A stretch of DNA of 64,000 bases from Bacteroidales bacterium. GTDB taxonomy: Bacteria; Bacteroidota; Bacteroidia; Bacteroidales; VadinHA17. The stretch spans positions 17,583 to 81,582 of the forward strand of contig JALONR010000004.1 in NCBI GenBank assembly GCA_025454815.1. Direction: 5' to 3'. Under the pieces are notes generated by a model that was given only the letters and a program-made list of their open reading frames with translations, was not told the DNA's origin and searched no databases. Positions 53,449 through 63,147 of the stretch are shown piece by piece (positions within the stretch are counted from its first letter, which is position 1; every line of letters begins with the position of its first letter). A program made the position numbers and the translations under genes.

Positions 53449-55053
53449 TCACAGTGTTCTGTTGCCCTTCAGCCTTCTGTGCAGCAGCATCAGCTTCCGG
53501 TTCCGTATCATATTCTGCTGTGCAATCTCACTTTCATGCAGGAAACCTTTCTGCAGCCTGGAAAAGCGGCGGTCAAGCTGTTTTGATTCCCTGATCAGTC
53601 CTTCAAGGTCGCTGGCAAGATCATCCTTTTCATCCTCTGAAAAATCCGCAGAATTGAAGCGGGATTCAGCCTCCCTGAACCTGAGATAATGGTCACGGAT
53701 ATCGAGCATCAGCCTGAAATGTTCAAATTCATCCTTGTTACTGAGAGGCTTCAGGTTATTCATCTTAACCATCGCTTCCTCAACCGGCACCCTCATTTCA
53801 GCAATGGAGGACGATGTTGCCGGTTTGCCGTTTACTATCAGTTCGGGTGGTATGGTAAGTATCTCCCAGAGGGTCTCTCCCTCAGACGCGGTGAATCCGA
53901 AGCGGTCTGCCGCATACCTCACAACAAATGCTTTCGGATCAATGGGTTCATTGGTACGGAGAGCCTCGGCATACGAAGCAAGCAGTATCCTGAACCCTGA
54001 AAGAGGATAAGTATTCCTTATCTGCTCCATGTCAGTCACCTCGTAGTTCACATCCCAGGTAAAACCGTAAAGGCCGGAGGTAGACCACGAAGTCATAATA
54101 ATTCCCGTGTAACCGGCCTCCCGTGCATAGGGAATGAAATCACGCTGGTTGTTGAAATGCTTCTCCCAGCAAGTAACATAGGAATTGTCCGGGTGGCTTC
54201 TTATGGCCGGCGACCCCCAGAACTCCATCCCCTTTGCCTGCAGGGCGGCTATGTCACCGAAGTAATTGGTCTTCCACCCGTAGTTCCAGTCGATAAAGAT
54301 GGTTTCTTCAGGTAACTCCGAAGCTGCCTCAGGGTATTTGAGAAGTATATCCGCCCACATAACCGGTCTCTTTCCAAGGTCTATAATTATGTTGCACATC
54401 ATCTTCATGTAATCAACAAACAGCTTTGATTTGCCTTCCGTGGCTGCCTTGAGGGAACATGCAGGACAGTGGCCCAGCAGGTAGGTTTCGTCTCCCCCTA
54501 TATGGATATATTCAGAACTGTGCATCGATGCCATATCTGCAAAGAGATCTGCAAACAGCAGGCTGTCAGCCTCTTTCTTAAGGGGGCAGAGCTGTGATAT
54601 TTCCTTCCTGTCTTCCTTGAGTTCACTGTACCTGTCATGCCTGAGGATATACTCCACATGGCCGAAGCATTGCTGAAGCGGTATTACGTCTATTCCCAGT
54701 CGCTCACAGTAACCGATGAACTCCTTAACCTCCTCACGGGTGTATGCCAGTTCGTTTGATATTGTGGCATTGTTCAGGTACGGATATGATCCCTCCCACT
54801 CCATTACGAGGGTATTAAGGCCGAAAGCAGCCAGTTCGTCAGCCAGGGCTTTCAGTGCATCCATTGTCATGACCTGGATCCGGAGGTCGACATGGAATCC
54901 TCTGACGGCAAACCTGCTGTCTCCTTCCTGACCGGGACTTTTTTGAAGCTGCGTCTGCGGTGTGCCGTTACGGCATCCTGTCATGAGTGCAACCGTCAAA
55001 GTTGCCAGCAGTAACGACTTTCGCATGCTGTATATTAGTGACAAATTCCTCAT
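53449..55053 (-). CDS. GH20-like hexosaminidase-family protein, lipoprotein
   Basis: 534 aa. Motifs RGFHVDLR...LNTLVMEWEGSYPY, QCFGHVEYIL and IHIGGDETY. The alternative ATG at 55026 gives the lipobox LMTGC. Coiled-coil-like C-terminus. Confidence 0.8.
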   Translation of the reverse strand: MRNLSLIYSMRKSLLLATLTVALMTGCRNGTPQTQLQKSPGQEGDSRFAVRGFHVDLRIQVMTMDALKALADELAAFGLNTLVMEWEGSYPYLNNATISNELAYTREEVKEFIGYCERLGIDVIPLQQCFGHVEYILRHDRYSELKEDRKEISQLCPLKKEADSLLFADLFADMASMHSSEYIHIGGDETYLLGHCPACSLKAATEGKSKLFVDYMKMMCNIIIDLGKRPVMWADILLKYPEAASELPEETIFIDWNYGWKTNYFGDIAALQAKGMEFWGSPAIRSHPDNSYVTCWEKHFNNQRDFIPYAREAGYTGIIMTSWSTSGLYGFTWDVNYEVTDMEQIRNTYPLSGFRILLASYAEALRTNEPIDPKAFVVRYAADRFGFTASEGETLWEILTIPPELIVNGKPATSSSIAEMRVPVEEAMVKMNNLKPLSNKDEFEHFRLMLDIRDHYLRFREAESRFNSADFSEDEKDDLASDLEGLIRESKQLDRRFSRLQKGFLHESEIAQQNMIRNRKLMLLHRRLKGNRTL

Positions 55054-55072
55054 TCTGGCTTAATTAAAGTAT

Positions 55073-57007
55073 TCAGGTAATTGTTACAACATCACCGGAA
55101 ATTTTAAACCTGGTTCTGACGCCCCTGCCGTCCCTGACGGTGACTGTTGTGACCCCTTTCCAGGTGCGGGTGCGCACCATAGGTGGATCGCTCTCACCGG
55201 AAGAAGGTATGACAAGGAGATGCGACCCTGTGTTGCCAGCCGCCCTGAAGTTGAATGATGCAACCGGGGCTTCGGTTGAAACGGCCTTCAGGCTCACCAG
55301 CCCTTCTGTAATTGTGAAACTGCCTGTACCGTCAGGGTTTAGCGCAAATATTGTAGCAGTGGCAACCGGGGGTATAGGGGAACCCGGACCGCTGACCGGT
55401 TTAATTCTGATCTCCTTGCCGGATGGAGATAAAGCCGCCTCCGATGGTGGCAGATGAAGCAGGATCTCATAGCTGTGTTCTCCTTCGGTCCTGAAGCTGT
55501 CACTGATGATTGCAATGTTGCCCGTTGCCAGTGTTATCTTCCTGCTCCAGCTTACAGTGGCGTTTGTCGCTTCCTCCGGTGGAGAAATCATGGTAAGTGA
55601 AGGGATCACCTCGTCCGGGTTCCAGTCTGTGATCCTGTTGGGGGTCTCTCTCCTAGGCACCCACAGAAGCTCAGATGATGTGGCAGCCTCGGTTACACCA
55701 TCAATTATCACGGTGTTGTGTGCTCCGGTGGTACGGTACCATGAGACCAGGGCCGGGTCATCATAGTTGCAGCATCCGCTATCAATAAGCAATGGCAGGC
55801 TGCCATACCAGAGTTCGAATCCCAGCCTCCCGGCATGTGCATGAGCCCCTATCACCGAGGCGGGATTGGCCAGCAGGTAGAAGCCTGCCTCGCCACCATG
55901 CTTCATCACTGCAACCTGGGTGTCAGGAAAGAAAACTGACCCCTGCGGCCCGGTGACAGCCTGTGATCCGAGGATCGCATTGATGGTATCCAGGATTGGT
56001 TTTACCGGCATCTCATACGAGTCATTCACCGGGGGAACCGTGCCGTCAGGCCTCCGCACTGCTGCAAGATACAGGGCCATCTTCTTCAGCATGGGAACAG
56101 AGTTAACCGGAGGTTCAATGCCGTTTTCAGTGCAGAGCAGGAAGGCATCGCGGAAAAGATGTGACTGGAATGGATAATAGCCGAACATCTGCTCAACGTT
56201 TCCTCCGTCAGGATAAAATGCATTGGCCAGGTGGTGATTCAATATTATCATTCCTCTGCGGAGCAGCTCAGCCGATCCGTCAAGCATGGGGAAAAGCACA
56301 CCGAGGTAAAGCATCGCGAGGCCTCCATGCGACTGGTGGTTGAACTCGTTAAGCTTAGCCTGCCCGAAACCGGTCAGAAGGATATGGGCATGCTCACCCA
56401 GAGAATCAATAATCAGTTGCTTTTCTTCGGGTATAAGTCCCTTTTCTCCCAGGTAATAACACCATGAGAAATGAATGGAACGCCATGCCACCTGCATATC
56501 ACGCCAGTTATAGGTGGTCCGGTGCGAATCGGGCAATCGCGGATTGTCACTGATCCATTGCCTTATGATGCCCATCATATCATCAAGATATGACCGGTCA
56601 CCCGTAAGGTGGTACATCCTGGCGAAGGATGGAAGGAAATAAAACCTGTTCAGCCAGACACTCTTTTCAATCTCACTCCGCTCATACTTCTGCCAGCCGA
56701 CAGGGGTGCCATAAACCCGGTTAAGAACGCCTCCCCGGACGGATCCGGTTATAATGGCATCCTCTTCCGAGCCAATTACTGTCATTTGAATGAATTTTCC
56801 TCCCTGGTCCTTTGGGATATAATCTCCTATGTTATAGCGACTGGCATACTTCATGAACGGAAACACCGGCCCATCACCTGGTCTGTGTTTATTCCGGGTT
56901 GCCATGGAGGCACCTGCCGGAACAGCATTTATGGTCAGTCCCCCAAGTGCCATCCCGGCAGTACCCGCACAGATTCTTTTTATGAATTGCCTTCTTCCTT
57001 TGCTCAT
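55073..57007 (-). CDS. Heparinase II/III-like protein (polysaccharide lyase-like) with a twin-arginine signal
   Basis: 644 aa. TAT motif SKGRRQFIKRICAGTAGMALGG. Heparinase II/III-type segments NHQSHGGLAMLYLG, GAHAHAGRLGFELW and TTGAHNTVIIDG. Confidence 0.8.
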   Translation of the reverse strand: MSKGRRQFIKRICAGTAGMALGGLTINAVPAGASMATRNKHRPGDGPVFPFMKYASRYNIGDYIPKDQGGKFIQMTVIGSEEDAIITGSVRGGVLNRVYGTPVGWQKYERSEIEKSVWLNRFYFLPSFARMYHLTGDRSYLDDMMGIIRQWISDNPRLPDSHRTTYNWRDMQVAWRSIHFSWCYYLGEKGLIPEEKQLIIDSLGEHAHILLTGFGQAKLNEFNHQSHGGLAMLYLGVLFPMLDGSAELLRRGMIILNHHLANAFYPDGGNVEQMFGYYPFQSHLFRDAFLLCTENGIEPPVNSVPMLKKMALYLAAVRRPDGTVPPVNDSYEMPVKPILDTINAILGSQAVTGPQGSVFFPDTQVAVMKHGGEAGFYLLANPASVIGAHAHAGRLGFELWYGSLPLLIDSGCCNYDDPALVSWYRTTGAHNTVIIDGVTEAATSSELLWVPRRETPNRITDWNPDEVIPSLTMISPPEEATNATVSWSRKITLATGNIAIISDSFRTEGEHSYEILLHLPPSEAALSPSGKEIRIKPVSGPGSPIPPVATATIFALNPDGTGSFTITEGLVSLKAVSTEAPVASFNFRAAGNTGSHLLVIPSSGESDPPMVRTRTWKGVTTVTVRDGRGVRTRFKISGDVVTIT

Positions 57008-57027
57008 CCTTTAAACTTACACAATAT

Positions 57028-57783
57028 TTATAGTTCTCCGAATGAATCAGTGTCGAAATAGAAGCTGCAGTCAGGATGTCTCTGCAGCACCGAGGCGGGA
57101 CATGCAGTGGTTACCGGACCGTTGACAGTGTTGTATACGGCCTCTCTCTTGCTTCGGCCCGGTACTACACAGAACAGGTTCGATGCATTGAAAATAACCG
57201 GTATTGTAAGTGTCAGGGCCTCCTCCGGCACCTCTTCCAGGGTGGCAAAGCACCCTTCGTTTACCTGCTGCATCCTGCATGACCGGTCAAGGGATACCTT
57301 TTTCACGGTAAGAGGGTCATTGAAATCGGCCACCGGCGGGTCATTGAACGCTATGTGTCCGTTTTCACCTATCCCGAGACAAATAACATCAATAGGAGCC
57401 TCGTTTATGAGAGCTGAATACCTCTCGGCCTCCCTGGCAGGATCTGCATTACCGTCAATGAGCCAGACCTTTTTCATCTTTATCCTGCTGAAGAGCCTTC
57501 GATGCAGGTATTTTGAAAAAAGCTGGTCAGCTCCGCCATTAAGCCCTAAATATTCATCCATATGAAAGGCTGTCACCCTTCCCCAGTCAATGAGAACCGA
57601 CGAAGCAAGGTAATCAAGCATCTCATTCTGTGAAGGGGCCGCAGCAAAAACCATCCTGACCTCATCTCTGTCCTGTAGCAGCCCGGCCACCCGGGCCTCA
57701 ACATCTCTTCCTGCTGCGTGACCCATCTCGTCTCTCGTAGGGAAGACATTGACATTGAGGTGTTTATATTTATTAAGTTTCAT
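57028..57783 (-). CDS. nagB: Glucosamine-6-phosphate deaminase/isomerase family protein
   Basis: Motifs MVFAAAPSQ and ICLGIGENGHIAFNDPP. The ATG at 57783 is preferred over the track's GTG at 57804. Confidence 0.85.
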   Translation of the reverse strand: MKLNKYKHLNVNVFPTRDEMGHAAGRDVEARVAGLLQDRDEVRMVFAAAPSQNEMLDYLASSVLIDWGRVTAFHMDEYLGLNGGADQLFSKYLHRRLFSRIKMKKVWLIDGNADPAREAERYSALINEAPIDVICLGIGENGHIAFNDPPVADFNDPLTVKKVSLDRSCRMQQVNEGCFATLEEVPEEALTLTIPVIFNASNLFCVVPGRSKREAVYNTVNGPVTTACPASVLQRHPDCSFYFDTDSFGEL

Positions 57784-57870
57784 TGCAATCAAGCATTGGT
57801 TCACGGCCCGGCATTAATCTTCAGGCCACAGGTAAAAAATTGCTCAAAACCGGCAGGATTATTTGAAAGA

Positions 57871-57929
57871 ATCAGATGGGTTTTTTCACCCTGGTATTTC
57901 CAATCAATCCCGGAAAATACCCATCTGAT
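57871..57929. repeat. 11-bp perfect inverted repeat ATCAGATGGGT / ACCCATCTGAT separated by 37 nt, between the fasciclin gene and nagB
   Basis: Read directly from the sequence. The arms lie at 57871-57881 and 57919-57929, with further partial complementarity (TTTT/AAAA) inside the arms. Confidence 0.8.
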
Positions 57930-57971
57930 CTTCAACCTCAAAACTAACCTGCTATGTCGAAAAAACCGTTT

Positions 57972-58559
57972 TCAGAGCGAAAGGTAAACTACATCTGCCG
58001 TAACATGTATCACCCCATTGCTTGGTTCCAGGTTGGATGTGATGATGGTCCAACTCTTTTTAGTCCCCTGGTTGATAACCCCCTGATAGCTGGTATTGTG
58101 TGAGAGGTACATTACTGAACCGCTCTCAGTGGGGTACGCAATCGGGTTGTTGCTTGGAAGCAGTTCCGGATCGGTAAAAATCACCCTGGCATTTACAATA
58201 TGATACTTCAGTACCGATCCAAGTGCGTCAACCGGAATTGCAGCTATATTTGGGAAACTGTTTGTCTTCATGTAAGCCCTGAATGCGCTGTTTCTGGGTA
58301 CAATAAAGGTTCTCTCCGTCGTACCTGAGTAAAGACTCTGAAGTCCGGTGGCAATAATTGCCTCCTCCATCAGCGAGAGCGAGTCAGTAGTCTGGATGTA
58401 CTCCCATGCGGTCATGTTTAACTTGCCACCGGGGTTGCCATATTCATATTCATAATCCGGCTGTATCTCGCATGAGACGAGAAGCGCTGCCAGGGTTACC
58501 GGTGCAAGCAGCATCCTCAGAAGCTGCATTTTTCTATTGTTGGCTTTTATCTTTTTCAT
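57972..58559 (-). CDS. Fasciclin (FAS1) domain lipoprotein
   Basis: Motifs TFIVPRNSAF, LKYHIV and NGVIHVTADVV. The ATG at 58559 (MKKIKANN...LLVSC lipobox) is preferred over the GTG at 58589. Confidence 0.8.
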   Translation of the reverse strand: MKKIKANNRKMQLLRMLLAPVTLAALLVSCEIQPDYEYEYGNPGGKLNMTAWEYIQTTDSLSLMEEAIIATGLQSLYSGTTERTFIVPRNSAFRAYMKTNSFPNIAAIPVDALGSVLKYHIVNARVIFTDPELLPSNNPIAYPTESGSVMYLSHNTSYQGVINQGTKKSWTIITSNLEPSNGVIHVTADVVYLSL

Positions 58560-58591
58560 GTCATTATTCTTTGATGATTGACAACTCACAC

Positions 58592-59974
58592 CTATTGATA
58601 GAACGGGTTCTGTTCCAGGTTTGGATTCTTGTTGAGAGCGTTCTGGTGGATAGGCCAGACGAGGTTGGCTTCACTGCTCAGGCCGTTTATCGGGCCCATG
58701 GTTGAGATTGCCTTGCCTGTGCGTACAAGGTCAAACCACCGGTGTCCCTCAAAGCATAATTCTACCGATCTCTCCTGGAGGATTGCAGATTCAAGGTCAC
58801 CATACATAGCTATGGCATCGGCTTCGGTAGCGAAAGCAGGAAGCCCGGCACGTGTCCTGATGGTATTCAGAAGTGAGAGAGCCTCTGTTTTGTTGGCGGC
58901 ACCACCTATCTTGTTCAGGGCTTCGGCTCTGAGGAGCATTATATCGGCAAGCCTGATAAGGATGATGTTCTGCTTAGCCGGGGTTGACACCTCGTCACTG
59001 ACTCCGCGACCCAGGTATTTCCAGATTGCCTTTGGATCAGCCGGAACCATATCATATACAAAATCCTCCCTGAGGTCTCCATCTTCTATGGAAGCCTTCC
59101 ATTTATTTGAAGGAGTGTAGATTGCATATGATCCGATTGCGTACAGGATTCTGAGTCCATTAGTTTCAGTATCATTGTATCCAACCTCGAAGATGCTCTC
59201 CTTGGAGTAACTGTTTGAGAACATCTTGCCCCAGTCGGCAATGGGAACAAGGGAATAGAGCGTATTTGACATGACCAGCGAAGAAGTTGCCAGTGCTTCA
59301 GTATATTTATGCCTCCACATATAGACCTGTGTAAGCAGGGCATTGGCTGACCCTCTGGTAAACATAATCCGGTCATTGTTGCTGTTGAACCTGTCAATGC
59401 AATTCTCAGCTGCATACTTCAGATCCTCTTCCACCTGGTCAAGAACTGTTTCACTGTCGGTTTTGCCGATGAAAATGTCCTGTTCTATTGAAGTGTACGG
59501 CTCCGTGATAAACGGGACATCACCCCATACCCTGGCAAGGTTGAAATAGGCTAGTGCCCTTAATGCACGTGCCTGTCCTATCAGCTGCCTTCCGGTTGCA
59601 TCATCCTCCTCGTATACATTCGGAATGTATGCAATCGCATAATTGGCCCTGCTCACCATCCTGTAGAGGTTAGTCCAGTCAGCCGATGAGGCCGTATTTG
59701 TAAGGTTGTTCGAGAGCAGAGTCAGTGATTCTCCTGTCTGCGCGGTCTGCACGTTGTCAGCCCTTCCTTCGCCCCAGTAGCAGAAGTTGTAACTGAATAC
59801 TGACTGGGCGGCATCATATATACCGTAAATACCTGCCTGTGCATCCGCAGTGGTCTTGTAAAATCCTGATGCGGAGAAGCTGCTCAGAGGATCCTTGTCA
59901 AGGATATCGGTACAGGCAGTCACCTGCATCAGCAGTACGACCGCAATAGCTGTTTTTATATATCTTAATTTCAT
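58592..59974 (-). CDS. SusD/RagB-family outer-membrane nutrient-binding lipoprotein
   Basis: The start at the ATG at 59974 (MKLRYIKTAIAVVLLMQVTAC lipobox) lies 13 nt after the SusC stop. Typical SusD sequence. Confidence 0.9.
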   Translation of the reverse strand: MKLRYIKTAIAVVLLMQVTACTDILDKDPLSSFSASGFYKTTADAQAGIYGIYDAAQSVFSYNFCYWGEGRADNVQTAQTGESLTLLSNNLTNTASSADWTNLYRMVSRANYAIAYIPNVYEEDDATGRQLIGQARALRALAYFNLARVWGDVPFITEPYTSIEQDIFIGKTDSETVLDQVEEDLKYAAENCIDRFNSNNDRIMFTRGSANALLTQVYMWRHKYTEALATSSLVMSNTLYSLVPIADWGKMFSNSYSKESIFEVGYNDTETNGLRILYAIGSYAIYTPSNKWKASIEDGDLREDFVYDMVPADPKAIWKYLGRGVSDEVSTPAKQNIILIRLADIMLLRAEALNKIGGAANKTEALSLLNTIRTRAGLPAFATEADAIAMYGDLESAILQERSVELCFEGHRWFDLVRTGKAISTMGPINGLSSEANLVWPIHQNALNKNPNLEQNPFYQ

Positions 59975-59987
59975 AACTCTCTGTATT

Positions 59988-62900
59988 TTAGAATTCCACA
60001 TTGAGACCAAAGATTACGGTACGGCTCTGGGGGTAGGAACCCTCGTCAACGCCCACCTGCAGTCCGCTGTATGAGTTCACCTCCGGGTCATAACCGGTGT
60101 AATGCGTGAAGGTCAGAAGGTTCTCACCTGTTACATAGGCACGAACCCTGCTGATGCCTGCTTTCGATGTTATAGCCTTCGGGAGGGTATAGGAGAAGGT
60201 GACATTTTTAAGTCTCATATATGAGCCATCTTCCACCCACCTGTCTGAAACCCTTAAGTATTCGTTTCTCTTCGGGTCATTGCGCACCGGTGCCGGGTAG
60301 TCGGTCACATCACCCTGCTGCCTCCACCTGCGGAGCGCATCGGTGCTTACATTATTGTAGGCAAACACCCAGTTTCTCATGTTGTTGAGATGACTGTAAA
60401 TGTCATTGCCATAGCAGAACTGAAGGAACACGTTCAGCGAGAAATTCTTGTACGAGAAATCATTGTTGAAACCGCCGGCAAAAACAGGCTGGGCATCTCC
60501 GATTATCTGTTTGTCTTCATCATTGATGATGTTGTCATCGTTAAGGTCATCCCAGATCGGATCACCTCCTATGAATGGCTTGCCGGTAGCTGATCCGAAC
60601 CTTACCTGGTTAACGTTGTCTTCATCGCGTGCATAGACACCCAGGAACTTCCATCCGTAGAAGGTTCCGATTGGTTGCCCTTCCTGCAGTATGTGGTATG
60701 TTCCGTTCTGGATATAACCGTTTGTCAGCACCTCATCAGGGAGATCGACAACCTCGTTGCGGTTGAAGCCAATATTGAAACTGCTTGTCCACTGGAATTC
60801 GCCATCGATGTTGTGGGTGTTGAGTGCAAACTCCATCCCTTTGTTTGAGATGTCTCCTATGTTGCGGGTGATGAACCCGAAGCCGGTGGTTTCAGGAATC
60901 GGAACGGCAAAAAGAAGATCAGAGGTGTTCTTTATATAAAAGTCGCCGACGAAGCTGACCCGGTTATTGAACATTGCGAGATCAAAGCCGAGGTTATACT
61001 GGGTGGTTACCTCCCACCTGAGTCCCTGGTTTGGCATCACGGTAGGAGATGCACCTGAGTTGGTAAGGTAATTTGTTCCGATGGCGAACTCACCTCCTGA
61101 CACATAGTTGGGGATTGCTTCATTTCCTGTCTGACCTATACTGAGCCTGAGTTTCCCGTCGGTCAGGAAGCCGAGGTTCTCAGCGAACGATTCATCTGAG
61201 AATCTCCATGCTGCTGAGGCTGAAGGAAAGTATCCGAACCTGTTCTCGGCACCGAACCTTGAGGATCCGTCAGCCCTTATGTTGGCTTCGGCAAGGTACC
61301 TGCCCTTATAATTATAGGAGAGCCTTCCGAAGTATGAAAGCATCGAGTGCTCATCTGTCCTGTTCACTGCCTGGTTTGAGATTGTACCTGCGCCATTCAG
61401 GGTGCGGATATTGTCACTGGCAAAATAAAGCCCGTCAAGTCCTGTTGTCTCAGCCTTCCAGTCCTGCATGCTGAAACCGGCCATGGCACCGACTTCATGC
61501 CCCTCACCCAATGTGGTATTATATGTAAGGTAGTTTTCGTTGGCCCATGTCATGTTTGTCCTTGACCTTACAGCGCCCCAGTTGTACCCGGCACGATAGT
61601 CTACCGTTGTGGGATAGAATTCATCCTCCTTCATTGAGATGAAGTCTATGCTGACGCTGGTCCTGAACATCAGGTTCTTTAAAATATTGTATTCAAGATA
61701 CTGGTTACCGATGATCCTGTTGGTCACGTTCAGGTGGGTGCACTCCTCTGCCATTCCCACCGGGTTCCTCTTCCCGTTAAAGTAATATATAGGTGAGCCG
61801 TCAGGGTATGTGAGTGAATAGATGGGAGGCCTGACGAGGATTGACTGCACGAGGCTGAGGTTTCCGGTACCGCCGGCATTGATCCTGTTGTTTCTTCCGT
61901 TGGTAAATGAAATATTCTGTCCAATGGTCACCTTGTCGGATACCTTGAAGTCAGTATTGAGCCTCGATGTAATTCTCTTGTAGTTGGATGCCAGGAAAAT
62001 ACCATCCTGGTCAAGGTAAGAGGTACTGAAGGCATAACGGGCTGCTTCATTTCCGCCCTGTACCCCCAGTTCAACCTGGTGCTGCCATGCCTTACGGTAC
62101 ATCACGCTCTGCCAGTCAACGTCCCCGTTGTTCATCGGGTTGAGTGAATCGATGGCAGTCCAGTGAGGCTCGGATGGTGTTGTGGCGTTATTGTACCTGT
62201 CAAGGTTTGCATAGGAGTCAATGATTATCTGGCGCCACTGCTGTGCATTCAGAACTCCCAGGTGCCTGGTGATTTCGCTGATGCCGCTGAAGTAATTCAG
62301 GCTTATCCTGGCCTTCCCCTCTTTACCCCTTTTTGTTGTTATCAGGACAACTCCGTTGGCAGCCCTGGAGCCGTAAATGGCTGTTGAAGCTGCATCCTTG
62401 AGCACTTCGATTGATTCAATATCGCCCGGGTTTATATCCGCCAGCGGGTTCAGCCCGTGCATATCATAACCATTGAGCGATGACAGGGTATTTGATTCCA
62501 CGGGTACGCCGTCAATGACATAGAGCGGATCGTTGCCGGAGTTGAGTGAGGAGTATCCTCTCACCCTGACGGTGATTCCCGCACCCGGTGCTCCGGAGTT
62601 GGCAGTTACAACCACGCCCGGCGCACGTCCCTGCAGTGCTGAAAGAACATCCTTTACCGGAGTATCTTCAATGTTGGATGCACTAATTGAAGAGATTGAC
62701 CCTGTCAGGTCTCTCTTTTTCTTGAATCCATAACCTATCACCACCAGTTCTTCGATCATGGTCACGTCACTCTGCATGGCGACGTTAAGGAACTGGCGTG
62801 ATCCGACAGTTATTTCCTGCGGGGCATAGCCCACCGATGTAAACTGCAATACAGTGTTATTTGATGGCACATCAATTGAAAAAGTACCGTCAAGGTCGGA

Positions 62901-63134
62901 TGCCACACCGGTTGTGGTACCCTTGATCACGATTGTCACACCCGGAAGGACTTCACCCGTGGTTGCATCGGTGACTGTCCCGGTGACTCTTCTCTGCTGT
63001 ACATTCAGGGCTGATGAAGCGCCAGCGCTGAATACCATCAGCAATGACATCATAATCATGAGCCCTGGCAGCAGTACCGCCTTCTTCCAACTTCTTTCGG
63101 AGCGGAAGAGCACGTTCAGTTGCGTTTTTTTCAT
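59988..63134 (-). CDS. SusC-family TonB-dependent outer-membrane transporter
   Basis: Start taken at the ATG at 63134 (MKKTQLNV...). CarboxypepD_reg-like VTGTVTDATTGEVLPGVTIVIKGT. Plug EELVVIGYG. No STN domain. Confidence 0.95.
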   Translation of the reverse strand: MKKTQLNVLFRSERSWKKAVLLPGLMIMMSLLMVFSAGASSALNVQQRRVTGTVTDATTGEVLPGVTIVIKGTTTGVASDLDGTFSIDVPSNNTVLQFTSVGYAPQEITVGSRQFLNVAMQSDVTMIEELVVIGYGFKKKRDLTGSISSISASNIEDTPVKDVLSALQGRAPGVVVTANSGAPGAGITVRVRGYSSLNSGNDPLYVIDGVPVESNTLSSLNGYDMHGLNPLADINPGDIESIEVLKDAASTAIYGSRAANGVVLITTKRGKEGKARISLNYFSGISEITRHLGVLNAQQWRQIIIDSYANLDRYNNATTPSEPHWTAIDSLNPMNNGDVDWQSVMYRKAWQHQVELGVQGGNEAARYAFSTSYLDQDGIFLASNYKRITSRLNTDFKVSDKVTIGQNISFTNGRNNRINAGGTGNLSLVQSILVRPPIYSLTYPDGSPIYYFNGKRNPVGMAEECTHLNVTNRIIGNQYLEYNILKNLMFRTSVSIDFISMKEDEFYPTTVDYRAGYNWGAVRSRTNMTWANENYLTYNTTLGEGHEVGAMAGFSMQDWKAETTGLDGLYFASDNIRTLNGAGTISNQAVNRTDEHSMLSYFGRLSYNYKGRYLAEANIRADGSSRFGAENRFGYFPSASAAWRFSDESFAENLGFLTDGKLRLSIGQTGNEAIPNYVSGGEFAIGTNYLTNSGASPTVMPNQGLRWEVTTQYNLGFDLAMFNNRVSFVGDFYIKNTSDLLFAVPIPETTGFGFITRNIGDISNKGMEFALNTHNIDGEFQWTSSFNIGFNRNEVVDLPDEVLTNGYIQNGTYHILQEGQPIGTFYGWKFLGVYARDEDNVNQVRFGSATGKPFIGGDPIWDDLNDDNIINDEDKQIIGDAQPVFAGGFNNDFSYKNFSLNVFLQFCYGNDIYSHLNNMRNWVFAYNNVSTDALRRWRQQGDVTDYPAPVRNDPKRNEYLRVSDRWVEDGSYMRLKNVTFSYTLPKAITSKAGISRVRAYVTGENLLTFTHYTGYDPEVNSYSGLQVGVDEGSYPQSRTVIFGLNVEF

Positions 63135-63147
63135 AATTTTGAGAGTT

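Noticed and set aside
57718-57987. 89-aa plus-strand ORF spanning the fasciclin-nagB gap
   Set aside because: It overlaps both neighbouring genes on the opposite strand. It has no recognisable motif, signal peptide or promoter. The gap is better explained by the inverted repeat reported above.
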